Below, piece after piece: positions 9,937 to 19,269 of a stretch of DNA of 64,000 nucleotides; positions within the stretch are counted from its first letter, which is position 1; each line of letters begins with the position of its first letter. Source of the stretch: an uncultured Verrucomicrobiae bacterium (GTDB lineage Bacteria; Verrucomicrobiota; Verrucomicrobiia; Chthoniobacterales; JAATET01); NCBI GenBank assembly GCA_963719495.1, contig CAVRCI010000002.1, positions 480,001 through 544,000 of the forward strand, written 5' to 3'. A program made the position numbers and the translations under genes. The notes beneath the pieces are model-generated. The model did not search any database, was not told the origin of the DNA, and saw only the letters and a program-made list of their open reading frames with translations.

Positions 9937-10803
9937 ATGAAGTGGATTGAGCGCAGTCGGGCATTCGCGCCGCGCGATGGCGGGTTCACCATCATCGAGT
10001 TGCTGGTGAGCATTGCGGTGCTGACGTTGCTGGTGCTCGTGACGGCGCAGATCGTGTCGAGCGCGGCTTCAGTGACCGGGGACAGCCGCAAACACATGGA
10101 CGCGGACTCGCAGGCGCGGTTCGTCTTCGACCGGATGGCGCTGGATTTCGCCGGGTTGGTGCGGCGGCCCGACGTGGATTATCTTTTCGAGAAGAAGAGC
10201 GGAGACGACGCGATGGCGTTCTACAGCGAGACGACGGGGTATTTTCCGGTTGGCGTGTCGGGGCCGGCGTTGAAGAGTCCGGTGGCTTTGGCGGGATACC
10301 GGATGGGGGCCGATGGGCTGGAGCGCCTGGGTAAGGGGTTGGTTTGGAATGGCGCGAGCGTGGGCGGCGGGGGATCGCCGATGGTGTATCTGCCGGAGAC
10401 CGTGGGCGGGACCTGGCCGGCGGTGGCGAGCGGGACCGATCCGGATTATCAGGTGATCGGGGATCAGGTGTTTCGGTTCGAGTATTGCTTCCTGCTGCGG
10501 AACGAGACGGGGACGGTGCTGTCGGACCAGCCGTGGCTGCCGACGGACTCGGGGCCGAATGGGATGAAGGACGTCGCGGCCATCGTGGTGACCATCGCGG
10601 TGCTGGACGACACGAGCCGGGCGATTCTGGGGACCGGGGATCTGTCGTCGGCGGCGGGGAATTTTTCGGACGTCACCGGCTCGGCCATCACCGAGGGGCC
10701 GGCGGGAGGTTGGGAGGAAAAGGTGAACGCCGGTGGCCTGGGCCTGCCGAATCTCGCGGCGTCGCAGGTGCGCATCTACCAACGGTTTTTTCCAATCAAC
10801 TAA
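9937..10803 (+). CDS. Prepilin-type protein, Verru_Chthon cassette C-like (PilW/GspJ-like)
   Basis: GG-FTIIELLVSIAVL; ARFVFDRMALD. Confidence 0.85.
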   Translation: MKWIERSRAFAPRDGGFTIIELLVSIAVLTLLVLVTAQIVSSAASVTGDSRKHMDADSQARFVFDRMALDFAGLVRRPDVDYLFEKKSGDDAMAFYSETTGYFPVGVSGPALKSPVALAGYRMGADGLERLGKGLVWNGASVGGGGSPMVYLPETVGGTWPAVASGTDPDYQVIGDQVFRFEYCFLLRNETGTVLSDQPWLPTDSGPNGMKDVAAIVVTIAVLDDTSRAILGTGDLSSAAGNFSDVTGSAITEGPAGGWEEKVNAGGLGLPNLAASQVRIYQRFFPIN

Positions 10804-10818
10804 ATTTTGTCGCGATCC

Positions 10819-13800
10819 ATGCCGCCACCTCAAATCAGTCGAAACCCCGAGCGCCGCGCCGAGTCCGGCGTTGCGCTGGTGATCGTCCTTGCCTTCGTCG
10901 TTCTACTGACCGGGCTGGTCATCGCGTTCTTCTCGGCGACGCTGAGTGAGCGGCAGAGTTCGGACGCGAGCGCGAACCAGACGCGGGCAAACTTGCTGGC
11001 GCGGGACGCGTTGGATCTGGTGCTGACCGATCTGAAGGACGAGATCGTGGCGGGGTCGGAGACTCCGGCGACGAGCTACGGCGACACGAAAGTCTACGTG
11101 CCCAGCGATCCGGCGACGCGGGTGCCCGCGCGGATCGGCGTGGCCACGCCCGGGAGTAATCCGCCGCTGGCGAATCTGGTGCGGCGCAGCGCGCGCTCCG
11201 GGGCGGCTCCGCAGTTTGTCGCGCCGACGACCGGGTATTCGGGGTTTCCGGCGAACCGGGCGTCGGCGGTGTCCACGGGTGACAAGTCGCGGAATGGTCG
11301 GCGGATGACGGCGGCGCGTTGGAACGCGCCGTATCTGCTGCCGCTCACGCCCGCCGCCGCTACCAGCGGGACGACCGAGCCGATCGCCGACTTCGCAGAC
11401 AACCTGCCAGATTGGATGATCGTCACTCGATCGGGGGTGGCGCCCCGGACGAACGGCGACGTCTCGGCGATGCGCGATTCGGATAACGCGAACTACGCAC
11501 TCGGCCGCTTTGCCTACACGATTTACGACGAAGGTGGTCTGCTCGATGTGAACGCGGCGGGTTTTCCGACCGGGCTGACCGACGAGCAGATCGGGCGGAA
11601 AGGCTCAATGGCGTTGGCCGACCTCGTGCGGGTACCGACGGGCGCGGGCGATCCGCTGGTGCAGGCGGACGTCGATAGTCTCGTGGGGTGGCGAAATTAC
11701 GCCACCGGTCAGCCGGGCGGGTCGTTCCCAGCGTTTTCGTTCAACGTGACCTCGGCCGGTCGTTGGTTGGAGAATTTCGTCGAGGACAACGAGACGAGTT
11801 ACCTGCGGACGGCGGACTCGGTGTTCAACGGTCGCACGGATCAGGCCGTGCTCTCGCGGCAGCAGCTTCTCGCGCTCTGGCGGTCACTCGATCTCGCCCC
11901 CGAGGCATTGCAGTCGCTCGGGACGTTCAGCCGCGATCTGGCTGGGCCGTCGTTCCGGCCCGACCCGAATCGACCGCGGATCGTCGGTTCGACGGACGGT
12001 GAAAAATCGACGCTGAACGGCGGCAACTTCGCTTGGGGTTCTGACGACAAGTTCAATCCCAGCTTTCTCTCGGTGCGGGTGAAGGCCGGAAAGACCTTCA
12101 CCCGGGCCAGCGACGGGACGCTGGCGAAGGAGAACGAGCCACTGGTCAAATACCGCTTCCCGCTCGATCGGCTGGGGTGGATCACGGCGGACGGTCCGGC
12201 GGCGACGATTTCGAACGGCGATCCGCGCTACGACGAGGACGGGACGGTGGAGAATGTGCTCGAGTCGTTCGGCCTGACGTGGAATTCGGCGGATCGGGTG
12301 TGGGTTTACGACCACGGGGATCCGACGCGCATTCTTCGGTTGGGCGAGCTGGCTGACGGCAGCGTGGTGTCGGCGCGCGAGCCGGATTTCTTCGAGTTGC
12401 TGCAGGCGGCTATCAACGTGGGCTCGTTGGGGCGGAGTTTTACGAAGGCGGAATACAGCCCTTCCGACGGGCCGTCCCGCTACGACGAACGCAACTGGCA
12501 TCGGCAGAACCCCAAGGGCGATCTCATCGCCTCGCAGCCGAAATACCAAATCTGCCGGATCGCCGCGGCCATCATCGATCAAGCTGATCCGGACAATTAT
12601 CCGACCATCGTTCGGATAAACGCCTTCGATTTTGCGGGGACGGAGCGGCTGCCGATGTTGACCAGGGCGACCTTCTTCGGCACGCGGCGGCCCGCGGCGG
12701 GCGGCGACACCGGTGGCCTGGGCATCTTCATCGTCCCCGAGGTCTGGGATCCGCACGATTCGTCGAGTGGCCCGCGCCCGTCGACGGTGACTGTTCGGTG
12801 TTCGCTCTCGCCGGTGTCAGTGTCCCAGGGTTGGAAACACAACGTGAAAATCAGCGGTGACTCGAGCAAGCAATACCTCACTCCCGGCCCGCCCGCGCTG
12901 ATGAGTAAAACGAGCGAGTTTCCGGTGGCGATTGTGGGGGACAGCTACACGCGGGTGATTGCCGCCGGCGACAACCAGTTCGCGGAGCCAGCGGTTCTGT
13001 GGCGCGACGGGACGCCTAATTTGATCTCGCCGACGTCCAAAGGACTCCCGCAGGTGGCGGGACTCGTTTTCCAGCTCTACGACCCGCTACCGAGTTACAC
13101 CGACGGGTTTCCGGTAGGGAAGACGAGCGAAGACATCGGTGAGTTTTTGCCGGACTCCAGCGACGTGACCGGTTTCAGCGTGATCCTCGAGTATCAGGAT
13201 GCGGCGGGGACTTGGCACGTTTACAACGAGATGAAGGACACGCTTCCCGTGCGCGAGCAGCTTTATAAAAACGAGTTTCTCAAGCCGTCCGACACCTCGA
13301 TCTCGGATAACTTGAGTCAGCAGTCGTATTTCGCGATCCGGCCCGATCCACGCACCAGCCGATTCCCGTTGAGCCGGTCGAACGCGTCCTCTTCAATCAG
13401 CCCATTCCCGTGGAAGCGCACCTTCCGGAACGCGACCTCCACCGCAGGAAATTTCATGCAGCGCTATTCGCACAGCAATAGCAAAAAAGACGCGTCCAAG
13501 CCGAATCGCGATCCGGCGATCGGTTGGAATCCGAGTCTCTCCGCCAGTGGTGACTACGAATACTACCTTGGTCTGCTGTCAGTGAATCAGGACAAGGAGA
13601 TCGGCGGAAAGAAGACCTTCTACGCCGACCCCGACGGGGTGGTGCGCGGGGCCGACGCGATGTATTACGACGTGCCGTCCAGCAAGACGGATGGCGACCC
13701 CATCACGACCGCGACGGCGTCGACGCCGAACGCCGCGCGCCCGGTGATCCTCAATCGGCCATTCCGCAACGTCGGGGAGCTGGGCTACGTCTTCCGCGAC

Positions 13801-14403
13801 GAGCCGTTCAAGACCCTGAATTTCTTCTCGAAGAACAGCGGGGACGCCGCGTTGCTCGATGTCTTCACGATCAACGAACCCGCGACGGACGCTGGTGACC
13901 TCGTGGGTGGAGTGGTGAATCTCAATACCCGCAACGCCGCGGTGCTCGAAGCGCTCATCAGCCGGTCGGTGAAGGACGAATCCCCGGCTGGTCCGGCGAC
14001 ATTCGTGAGCGACGCGGAGATCGCCGACATGGCCGCGAAAATCGTCACCGCAACCGAGGCCGTGCCCGCGATCAATCCCGCGGACCTGGTGGCGCGCATC
14101 GCGGGTGATCTCACGCCAGCTCCCGGCGATCCCGTGCTCCCAGCGGCAGTGCCCGGCACCGGCACGGACGCGGCTTTCAAGCGACGCCGCGAGACGGCGG
14201 TGCGCGCGCTTTCGGGCGTGACCAACGGGCGCGTGTGGAATCTCCTCATCGACCTCGTTGCCCAGACCGGCCGCTACCCGGCGGGCGCGACGACTTTGCA
14301 GGACTTCAACGTCGAGGGCGAAAAGCGCTACTGGATGCACGTCGCCATCGACCGTCTCACCGGCGAGGTGATCGACCGTCAACTCGAACCAGTTTTTGAG
14401 TAA
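10819..14403 (+). CDS. Large PilX/GspK-like protein, Verru_Chthon cassette A-like
   Basis: SG-VALVIVLAFVVLL (no E+5); GRFAY..YDEG, NRPFRNVGELGYV, GVVNLNT and VEGEKR motifs; ~1190 aa. Confidence 0.85.
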   Translation: MPPPQISRNPERRAESGVALVIVLAFVVLLTGLVIAFFSATLSERQSSDASANQTRANLLARDALDLVLTDLKDEIVAGSETPATSYGDTKVYVPSDPATRVPARIGVATPGSNPPLANLVRRSARSGAAPQFVAPTTGYSGFPANRASAVSTGDKSRNGRRMTAARWNAPYLLPLTPAAATSGTTEPIADFADNLPDWMIVTRSGVAPRTNGDVSAMRDSDNANYALGRFAYTIYDEGGLLDVNAAGFPTGLTDEQIGRKGSMALADLVRVPTGAGDPLVQADVDSLVGWRNYATGQPGGSFPAFSFNVTSAGRWLENFVEDNETSYLRTADSVFNGRTDQAVLSRQQLLALWRSLDLAPEALQSLGTFSRDLAGPSFRPDPNRPRIVGSTDGEKSTLNGGNFAWGSDDKFNPSFLSVRVKAGKTFTRASDGTLAKENEPLVKYRFPLDRLGWITADGPAATISNGDPRYDEDGTVENVLESFGLTWNSADRVWVYDHGDPTRILRLGELADGSVVSAREPDFFELLQAAINVGSLGRSFTKAEYSPSDGPSRYDERNWHRQNPKGDLIASQPKYQICRIAAAIIDQADPDNYPTIVRINAFDFAGTERLPMLTRATFFGTRRPAAGGDTGGLGIFIVPEVWDPHDSSSGPRPSTVTVRCSLSPVSVSQGWKHNVKISGDSSKQYLTPGPPALMSKTSEFPVAIVGDSYTRVIAAGDNQFAEPAVLWRDGTPNLISPTSKGLPQVAGLVFQLYDPLPSYTDGFPVGKTSEDIGEFLPDSSDVTGFSVILEYQDAAGTWHVYNEMKDTLPVREQLYKNEFLKPSDTSISDNLSQQSYFAIRPDPRTSRFPLSRSNASSSISPFPWKRTFRNATSTAGNFMQRYSHSNSKKDASKPNRDPAIGWNPSLSASGDYEYYLGLLSVNQDKEIGGKKTFYADPDGVVRGADAMYYDVPSSKTDGDPITTATASTPNAARPVILNRPFRNVGELGYVFRDEPFKTLNFFSKNSGDAALLDVFTINEPATDAGDLVGGVVNLNTRNAAVLEALISRSVKDESPAGPATFVSDAEIADMAAKIVTATEAVPAINPADLVARIAGDLTPAPGDPVLPAAVPGTGTDAAFKRRRETAVRALSGVTNGRVWNLLIDLVAQTGRYPAGATTLQDFNVEGEKRYWMHVAIDRLTGEVIDRQLEPVFE

Positions 14404-14418
14404 TGCCCCTGAACCCGA

Positions 14419-14446
14419 GTTGTTGGTTGTTGGTTGATGGTTGGTG
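14419..14446. repeat. Four tandem 7-bp units (GTTGNTG)
   Basis: gttgttg gttgttg gttgatg gttggtg just after the cassette A stop. Confidence 0.7.
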
Positions 14447-14518
14447 GACTGAAAATGGCGACTTGCGTCGCTTACTGCCCTCACCCAACCGGCAAGCGGC
14501 TGAAATGGCGTAAGCTGC

Positions 14519-14554
14519 TGAAATCCAATCCTGTCCATCCTGTTAATCCTGTCT
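14519..14554 (-). repeat. Half element of the ACAGGAT 9-bp repeat family
   Basis: tgaaatccaatcctgtccatcctgttaatcctgtc; shares tgaaatccaatcctgt with 4126-4141. Confidence 0.7.
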
Positions 14555-14595
14555 ATTTCAGTATTTTGAATCATTCACACCGCTGCTGACCGATC

Positions 14596-15390
14596 ATGTT
14601 CATGAACTCTCTCTTCTCCATTTTTCCTCTGGTGGCCATCGCGCTGGTGACCATCCTCCCGACGATGCCGTTGCGTTCGCAGGACGCGACGCCCGCCGAT
14701 CTCCCGATGGGTTCGGATGTGCTGAAAGAACGGATCGGGCCGACGGCGGCGTGGCAGATCGCATATCGGCCGTTGCGATCGGGCGGGAATCTGCCCGAGT
14801 CCGCGGTGGAAGGTGCGGGCACCGCGGGCGGATCGACCGACTCCGACGCGACCAAACTTCTCGAGATCGAGAGGGCGGGGAACGTGAATTACGTGCGGTT
14901 GACGCACGAAAACGGGGAGGTCGACGAATTCTGGACCGTCGAGGATCGCAAGATTGCCGACGTCGCGGCCTTTGGCGGCTTGATCTACGTGTCGCCAAAT
15001 TACGTGCCAACGCAAAACTTCCAGGAGACCGATTTCCCGGAGCTGGGTTGGGTCCGCACGACGCGGGCGTCGAGTTTGACCGATTACCAGGGGACGGCCT
15101 GCTACATTTTCGAGGCCGACGCCAAGACGGTGGAAGGGTATCTCCAGCAGATCGCCGCCGCGGACGGCGATCCGGAGGGAGCGGACAATGTCGGGCCAGC
15201 CGAGGCCAGTCGGGCCTTCATCAACGCCGAGACGGGGTTGCCGGTGGCGGCGGTGACTGGGCAACGGGCCGGTTTCTACACCTACAATGCTGCCCCCGAC
15301 AAGCTGGCGATCCCGGGGGATTTTCGGCAGGGCTTCAACGATTGGACGAAATTGATCGAAAGCAAGATGCCCGCGCGGTCGGAACCGTGA
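14596..15390 (+). CDS. Secreted hypothetical protein following the pilin cassette
   Basis: Signal-peptide-like N-terminus; a decayed paralog of its 3' half at 16613-16919 supports coding status. Confidence 0.75.
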   Translation: MFMNSLFSIFPLVAIALVTILPTMPLRSQDATPADLPMGSDVLKERIGPTAAWQIAYRPLRSGGNLPESAVEGAGTAGGSTDSDATKLLEIERAGNVNYVRLTHENGEVDEFWTVEDRKIADVAAFGGLIYVSPNYVPTQNFQETDFPELGWVRTTRASSLTDYQGTACYIFEADAKTVEGYLQQIAAADGDPEGADNVGPAEASRAFINAETGLPVAAVTGQRAGFYTYNAAPDKLAIPGDFRQGFNDWTKLIESKMPARSEP

Positions 15391-15434
15391 AGCGTTCATT
15401 CAACCATCGTTCGGTTCGAAAATTCGCATCACAA

Positions 15435-15449
15435 TAACGGCATAGCATT
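15435..15449 (+). promoter_or_regulatory. Putative operator TAACGGCATAGCATT upstream of PEP-CTERM gene 1
   Basis: Identical 15-mer at 16926. Confidence 0.7.
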
Positions 15450-15546
15450 GTGGTTTATTTACAAACTCCTGCATTACGCGAAGATCTGGCATCCACATCC
15501 AGTGCGGTCGTTTAACAAACTCCCAGCACTCCCACTAGAAAACGTC

Positions 15547-16464
15547 ATGAAAACCACCCACCGCTCCCTCCTCGCACTCGTTGGAATCGCAGCGTCGCTG
15601 CAGATCGCATCCGGCCAGACCCTCGTCAACGACACCACGTTCACTGCCAACAACTCGACCGCCGCCGGCGGATACATCTACGCGACCGCGCTCGGCAATC
15701 CGATTCTCACCGGTGGTTCCACCTTGGCGATGACCACCGATCCGGGAAATGGCAGTACGATCAACGGAGACTACAGCTTCATAAATCGTCGGTTTGCATC
15801 TCAGGCGATGGACGTCGGTGACAGACTCACCCTTTCGTTCACGGTTCTGAACATCAATACCGACTTCGACGACTTTCGGAGCTTTGCTTTTGCGTTTGTT
15901 GGCAGTTCCAGCCCCGACATGCCGACCACAAACACGAGCACGATCAGTTCTGCCGACGATACTTATTATTCACTTGGCGGTATCGCAACCCAGGGAAATA
16001 ACGGTCAGTCGGGCTACAATGGATTGAGGGCGAACTGGACGGGCGGTAATGGCCTCAACAATCCCCTGGCCTTTGGTGGAACCAACGGAGGCGGGAACTC
16101 TCCGAACGGCGCGAGTGGCATCAATAACGACGACGTGGTGCAGTTTAGCATCGAACGAATCAACAATAACGTCGACGGTTTCGCTCAATACACCGTCATG
16201 ACCATCGTCAATCCCAACGGTCTCACCCCCGACACGTCGCGGGGGTCCACCACCATCGGAGGGCGGAGCACAACCGAGTTCCTTTCCTGGGATGGTCTGG
16301 CGATCGGTGCAACCGGCTCAATGGCAAATGATGCCGCTTTCAACCTCACCCTCGACAACATAATCGTCCAATACACCGCCGTCCCCGAGCCTTCGTCGGT
16401 GTTGTTGATTCTCGGTGGCGTTGGTTTGCTCGTCGTCCGGGGTATCCGCCGCCGCCAAGCCTAG
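15547..16464 (+). CDS. PEP-CTERM sorting-domain protein 1
   Basis: Signal peptide; C-terminal VPEPSS + hydrophobic helix + RRR; Asn/Gly/Thr-rich passenger. Confidence 0.92.
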   Translation: MKTTHRSLLALVGIAASLQIASGQTLVNDTTFTANNSTAAGGYIYATALGNPILTGGSTLAMTTDPGNGSTINGDYSFINRRFASQAMDVGDRLTLSFTVLNINTDFDDFRSFAFAFVGSSSPDMPTTNTSTISSADDTYYSLGGIATQGNNGQSGYNGLRANWTGGNGLNNPLAFGGTNGGGNSPNGASGINNDDVVQFSIERINNNVDGFAQYTVMTIVNPNGLTPDTSRGSTTIGGRSTTEFLSWDGLAIGATGSMANDAAFNLTLDNIIVQYTAVPEPSSVLLILGGVGLLVVRGIRRRQA

Positions 16465-16481
16465 TTCTTGGCTACGATCTG

Positions 16482-16518
16482 AAAACCTCCCGTGGAGCTG
16501 ATCCGCGGGAGGTTTTTT
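16482..16518 (+). terminator. Intrinsic terminator, copy 1
   Basis: aaaacctcccgtgga-gctga-tccgcgggaggtttttt hairpin plus U tract. Confidence 0.85.
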
Positions 16519-16575
16519 GTTGGGTGTGACGGTGTCTGTTTTTCGTCGATTGTGACCGCAACTGCTCGAGATTTT

Positions 16576-16612
16576 ATGAGAAGTGAAGCGCTCATCAGGC
16601 ACGGAGACGGTC
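16576..16612 (+). pseudogene. 5' remnant of the Zn-dependent dehydrogenase gene (copy of 18268-~18305)
   Basis: Translates MRSEALIRHGDGR versus MKTEALIMHGDGR at 18268. Confidence 0.8.
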
Positions 16613-16919
16613 GATTATCAGGGGCAGCGTTGCTACGTCTTCGAGGCCGGTGAGAAAGACATTGGCGACTTTTTGCAGAGCATCCGCAGTGCGGAGGGCG
16701 ACGGCCTGTGAGCGTCGATTCGGCGCCCGCGAACGCGGCGGAAGCGTTCGTCGCCGTCGACTCGGCTTGCCGAACATCGCCGTCAGCGGGGACTGCGCCG
16801 GCGTTTACGGTTACAACGAACCCCAGTTGAAACTCGCGATCCCCGACGATTTTCGCAAGGGCTTCAACGAGGGGACCGAGTGGATCAAGAGCGAAATGCC
16901 CGCGAGATCGGAGCCTTGA
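16613..16919 (+). pseudogene. Decayed 3' half of a paralog of the 14596-15390 protein
   Basis: DYQGQRCYVFEA versus DYQGTACYIFEA; LAIPDDFRKGFN...MPARSEP versus LAIPGDFRQGFN...MPARSEP; reading frame broken between these blocks. Confidence 0.85.
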
Positions 16920-16925
16920 TCGCGA

Positions 16926-16940
16926 TAACGGCATAGCATT
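16926..16940 (+). promoter_or_regulatory. Putative operator TAACGGCATAGCATT upstream of PEP-CTERM gene 2
   Basis: Identical 15-mer at 15435. Confidence 0.7.
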
Positions 16941-17080
16941 GACTTTTCTTTGCGCGAGTGCCTCCGATGCTAGCTTTCGCTAAATCGACGTTCCCCCTGC
17001 CGGATTTCAGCGAACACTGAAGGCCGATCGGCTGCGACCTCCTCACAAAACATCACACCACCCACCCCATAAAAACTGAC

Positions 17081-17980
17081 ATGAGAACCCCTAAGTTCAC
17101 CCTCCCCCGCTTCTCGCTGGCCGCTGCAAGCCTCGGCGTCGCCGCCGTTGTTTCCTTCGCTCCGACCACGGCGTTGGCTGTCCCAATCGCTTCCGACTCG
17201 TTCGCGGTTGGTGTTTCGAACGGATACACCGTCGGCAATCTCACGGGCCAGAATCCTTCCTTCGGCGCGAGCGGCTTTAGCGCGAATTGGTCTCCATTGT
17301 CAGGTAGCACCAGTGACTTGGTCGCGGAAACCGGTGGCTTGACGGCCAGCTTGGTTCAAGGCAGCACCCAACCCGGGCAGGCATCGCATATCGGCACCGG
17401 CAATAATACTCGGGCAAACTACCATCGGGTTTCGAGCGTGCCGGCGAGCACTGAGTATTACTTCAGTTTCCTGCTCAGCAGCACGGCAGGCAACGCGGCG
17501 CAATTCGGGCTGAGTCCTCAGGGCGCCCAGAATGCTCTTCCCACGCAGGGAGTGAGAGTGGGCGTCACCGCTGCGAACAACATCGTCTTGTATGTGGACG
17601 GGCTCCCCAGCACGATCCTCACTGGCTACACGCCGAGCACGACTTATTTCGTGCTGGTGGATATTGCGAATGTTGCTGGCACTGGTAACGATACCGTCGG
17701 GGCCCGTGTCTTCAGCAGCACGGCCACCGATCTCTCGACTCCTCTCGGGACGGCAACGCCGATTACCACGGCTGATATTTCCGGCGACCTTACCTATCTC
17801 GGGCTTTCGAAAAACGCCACTACCAGTACTGGCGCCGACTTCGACGAATTCCGCTTCGGCACGACCATCGCCGATGTGGCAAATATCACCGCGGTTCCCG
17901 AGCCCTCCTCGGTGGCGATGCTCCTGGGTGGATTCGGTCTGCTCGTCGTCCGGGCGATGCGCCGCCGTCGTCTGGCCTGA
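17081..17980 (+). CDS. PEP-CTERM sorting-domain protein 2
   Basis: Signal peptide; FDEFRFGTT before VPEPSS + hydrophobic helix + RRRR. Confidence 0.92.
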   Translation: MRTPKFTLPRFSLAAASLGVAAVVSFAPTTALAVPIASDSFAVGVSNGYTVGNLTGQNPSFGASGFSANWSPLSGSTSDLVAETGGLTASLVQGSTQPGQASHIGTGNNTRANYHRVSSVPASTEYYFSFLLSSTAGNAAQFGLSPQGAQNALPTQGVRVGVTAANNIVLYVDGLPSTILTGYTPSTTYFVLVDIANVAGTGNDTVGARVFSSTATDLSTPLGTATPITTADISGDLTYLGLSKNATTSTGADFDEFRFGTTIADVANITAVPEPSSVAMLLGGFGLLVVRAMRRRRLA

Positions 17981-18000
17981 GTCGCGGATCGCAGTTTTGG

Positions 18001-18038
18001 AAAAACCTCCCGTGGAGCCGATCCGCGGGAGGTTTTTT
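18001..18038 (+). terminator. Intrinsic terminator, copy 2
   Basis: One loop substitution relative to 16482-16518. Confidence 0.85.
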
Positions 18039-18123
18039 GTTGGGTATCACGCTCGCCCCTCTCGTTGATCGGGGCAGCCACCCTCCCGAACCCCGAACGA
18101 GTGGATGACGGCACGCACAATCA

Positions 18124-18231
18124 GGTGGAGCGGGCGCTCCGCGCACGCTGGCGGGGGACTCGGCGTGCAAGTTCAACGCCCGATCTTCAAGCGACGTCGC
18201 CCGCCAACTCGCGCGGAGCGCGAATGCCACC
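18124..18231. repeat. REP/REPIN-like inverted repeat pair
   Basis: ggtgg-N5-gcgctccgcgc-N4-tggcggg (18124-18155) and its reverse complement (18200-18231). Confidence 0.6.
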
Positions 18232-18267
18232 CTTCGAGCAGTCACCAATTGGACTTGATTTGAGACT

Positions 18268-19269
18268 ATGAAAACTGAAGCGCTCATCATGCACGGGGAC
18301 GGACGGGTTGCCGTCGAAGCGATTGAAATCCCGGCCCCGGGTCCGGGCGAAGTGATGGTCGAGACGGCGTTCTCGTCGATCAGTCCGGGGACGGAGTTGC
18401 GCTGCCTCACGGGGCGGCAGCCGGGCGCGCCGGACGGCGGCTGGATCCCGGGATACTCGGCGACGGGGATCGTGCGGGAGTGCGGGGACGGCGTCGTGCT
18501 CGCGGTGGGCGCGGCGGTTTCCCACGGCGGCACGCAGCGTGCGTCGCGACCGCGGATGTGGGGCGGACATTGTCGGCATGTGATTGTCGCGGAGTCGGCG
18601 GTGTTTCCGGTGGCGGGAGATTTGCGGGCGGCTTCGTTGGCGAAGCAGGCGGCGATCGCGCACCGGGGTTTCTCGCTGGGCCGCATTCGAGCGGGGGAGA
18701 TCGTGGTGGTGGCGGGGTTGGGATTGATCGGGCAGTGCTCGGCACGGATCGCGCACGCGGCGGGGGCGCGGGTCGTCGGGTTGGATCTGTCGGAGCGACG
18801 GTGCGCGATCCTGGCGGCGCTGGGGATGCCGGCGTTCAGTCCGAAGGAGTTCGATGTGGCCGCGTTGATCGCGGAACTCGGGGCGGCGGCGGACGTGGTG
18901 ATCGACGCGACGGGAGCGGCGGGAGCGTTGCCGTCGTTGCTGGAATACGGAGCGGAGTTGCCGTGGACCGACGAGCCGGGCGAGGGGCTGCGCTACGTGA
19001 TGCAGGGGAGTTATCCGGAGACGTTCAGCGTGCCCTACGATCCGGCGTTTCTGCGGGAGGTGACCTTCCACCTGCCGCGCGACGTGCGGCGGTCGGATCT
19101 CACGGCGGTGCTGAATCTCATTGCCGAGGGGCAGCTTCCGCTCGCGGATCTGATTCCAGCGGTGACCGATCCGGCGGACGCGCGGGCGCTCTACGAGCGA
19201 TTGAAGGATCCGGCGAGCGACGTGGTGACCGGGGCGTTCGGTTGGGCGGGCGGGGCGGAGGCGGCGTGA
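18268..19269 (+). CDS. Zinc-binding (MDR family) dehydrogenase
   Basis: ISPGTE, PGYS, GLGLIG Rossmann motif, VIDATG. Confidence 0.85.
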   Translation: MKTEALIMHGDGRVAVEAIEIPAPGPGEVMVETAFSSISPGTELRCLTGRQPGAPDGGWIPGYSATGIVRECGDGVVLAVGAAVSHGGTQRASRPRMWGGHCRHVIVAESAVFPVAGDLRAASLAKQAAIAHRGFSLGRIRAGEIVVVAGLGLIGQCSARIAHAAGARVVGLDLSERRCAILAALGMPAFSPKEFDVAALIAELGAAADVVIDATGAAGALPSLLEYGAELPWTDEPGEGLRYVMQGSYPETFSVPYDPAFLREVTFHLPRDVRRSDLTAVLNLIAEGQLPLADLIPAVTDPADARALYERLKDPASDVVTGAFGWAGGAEAA

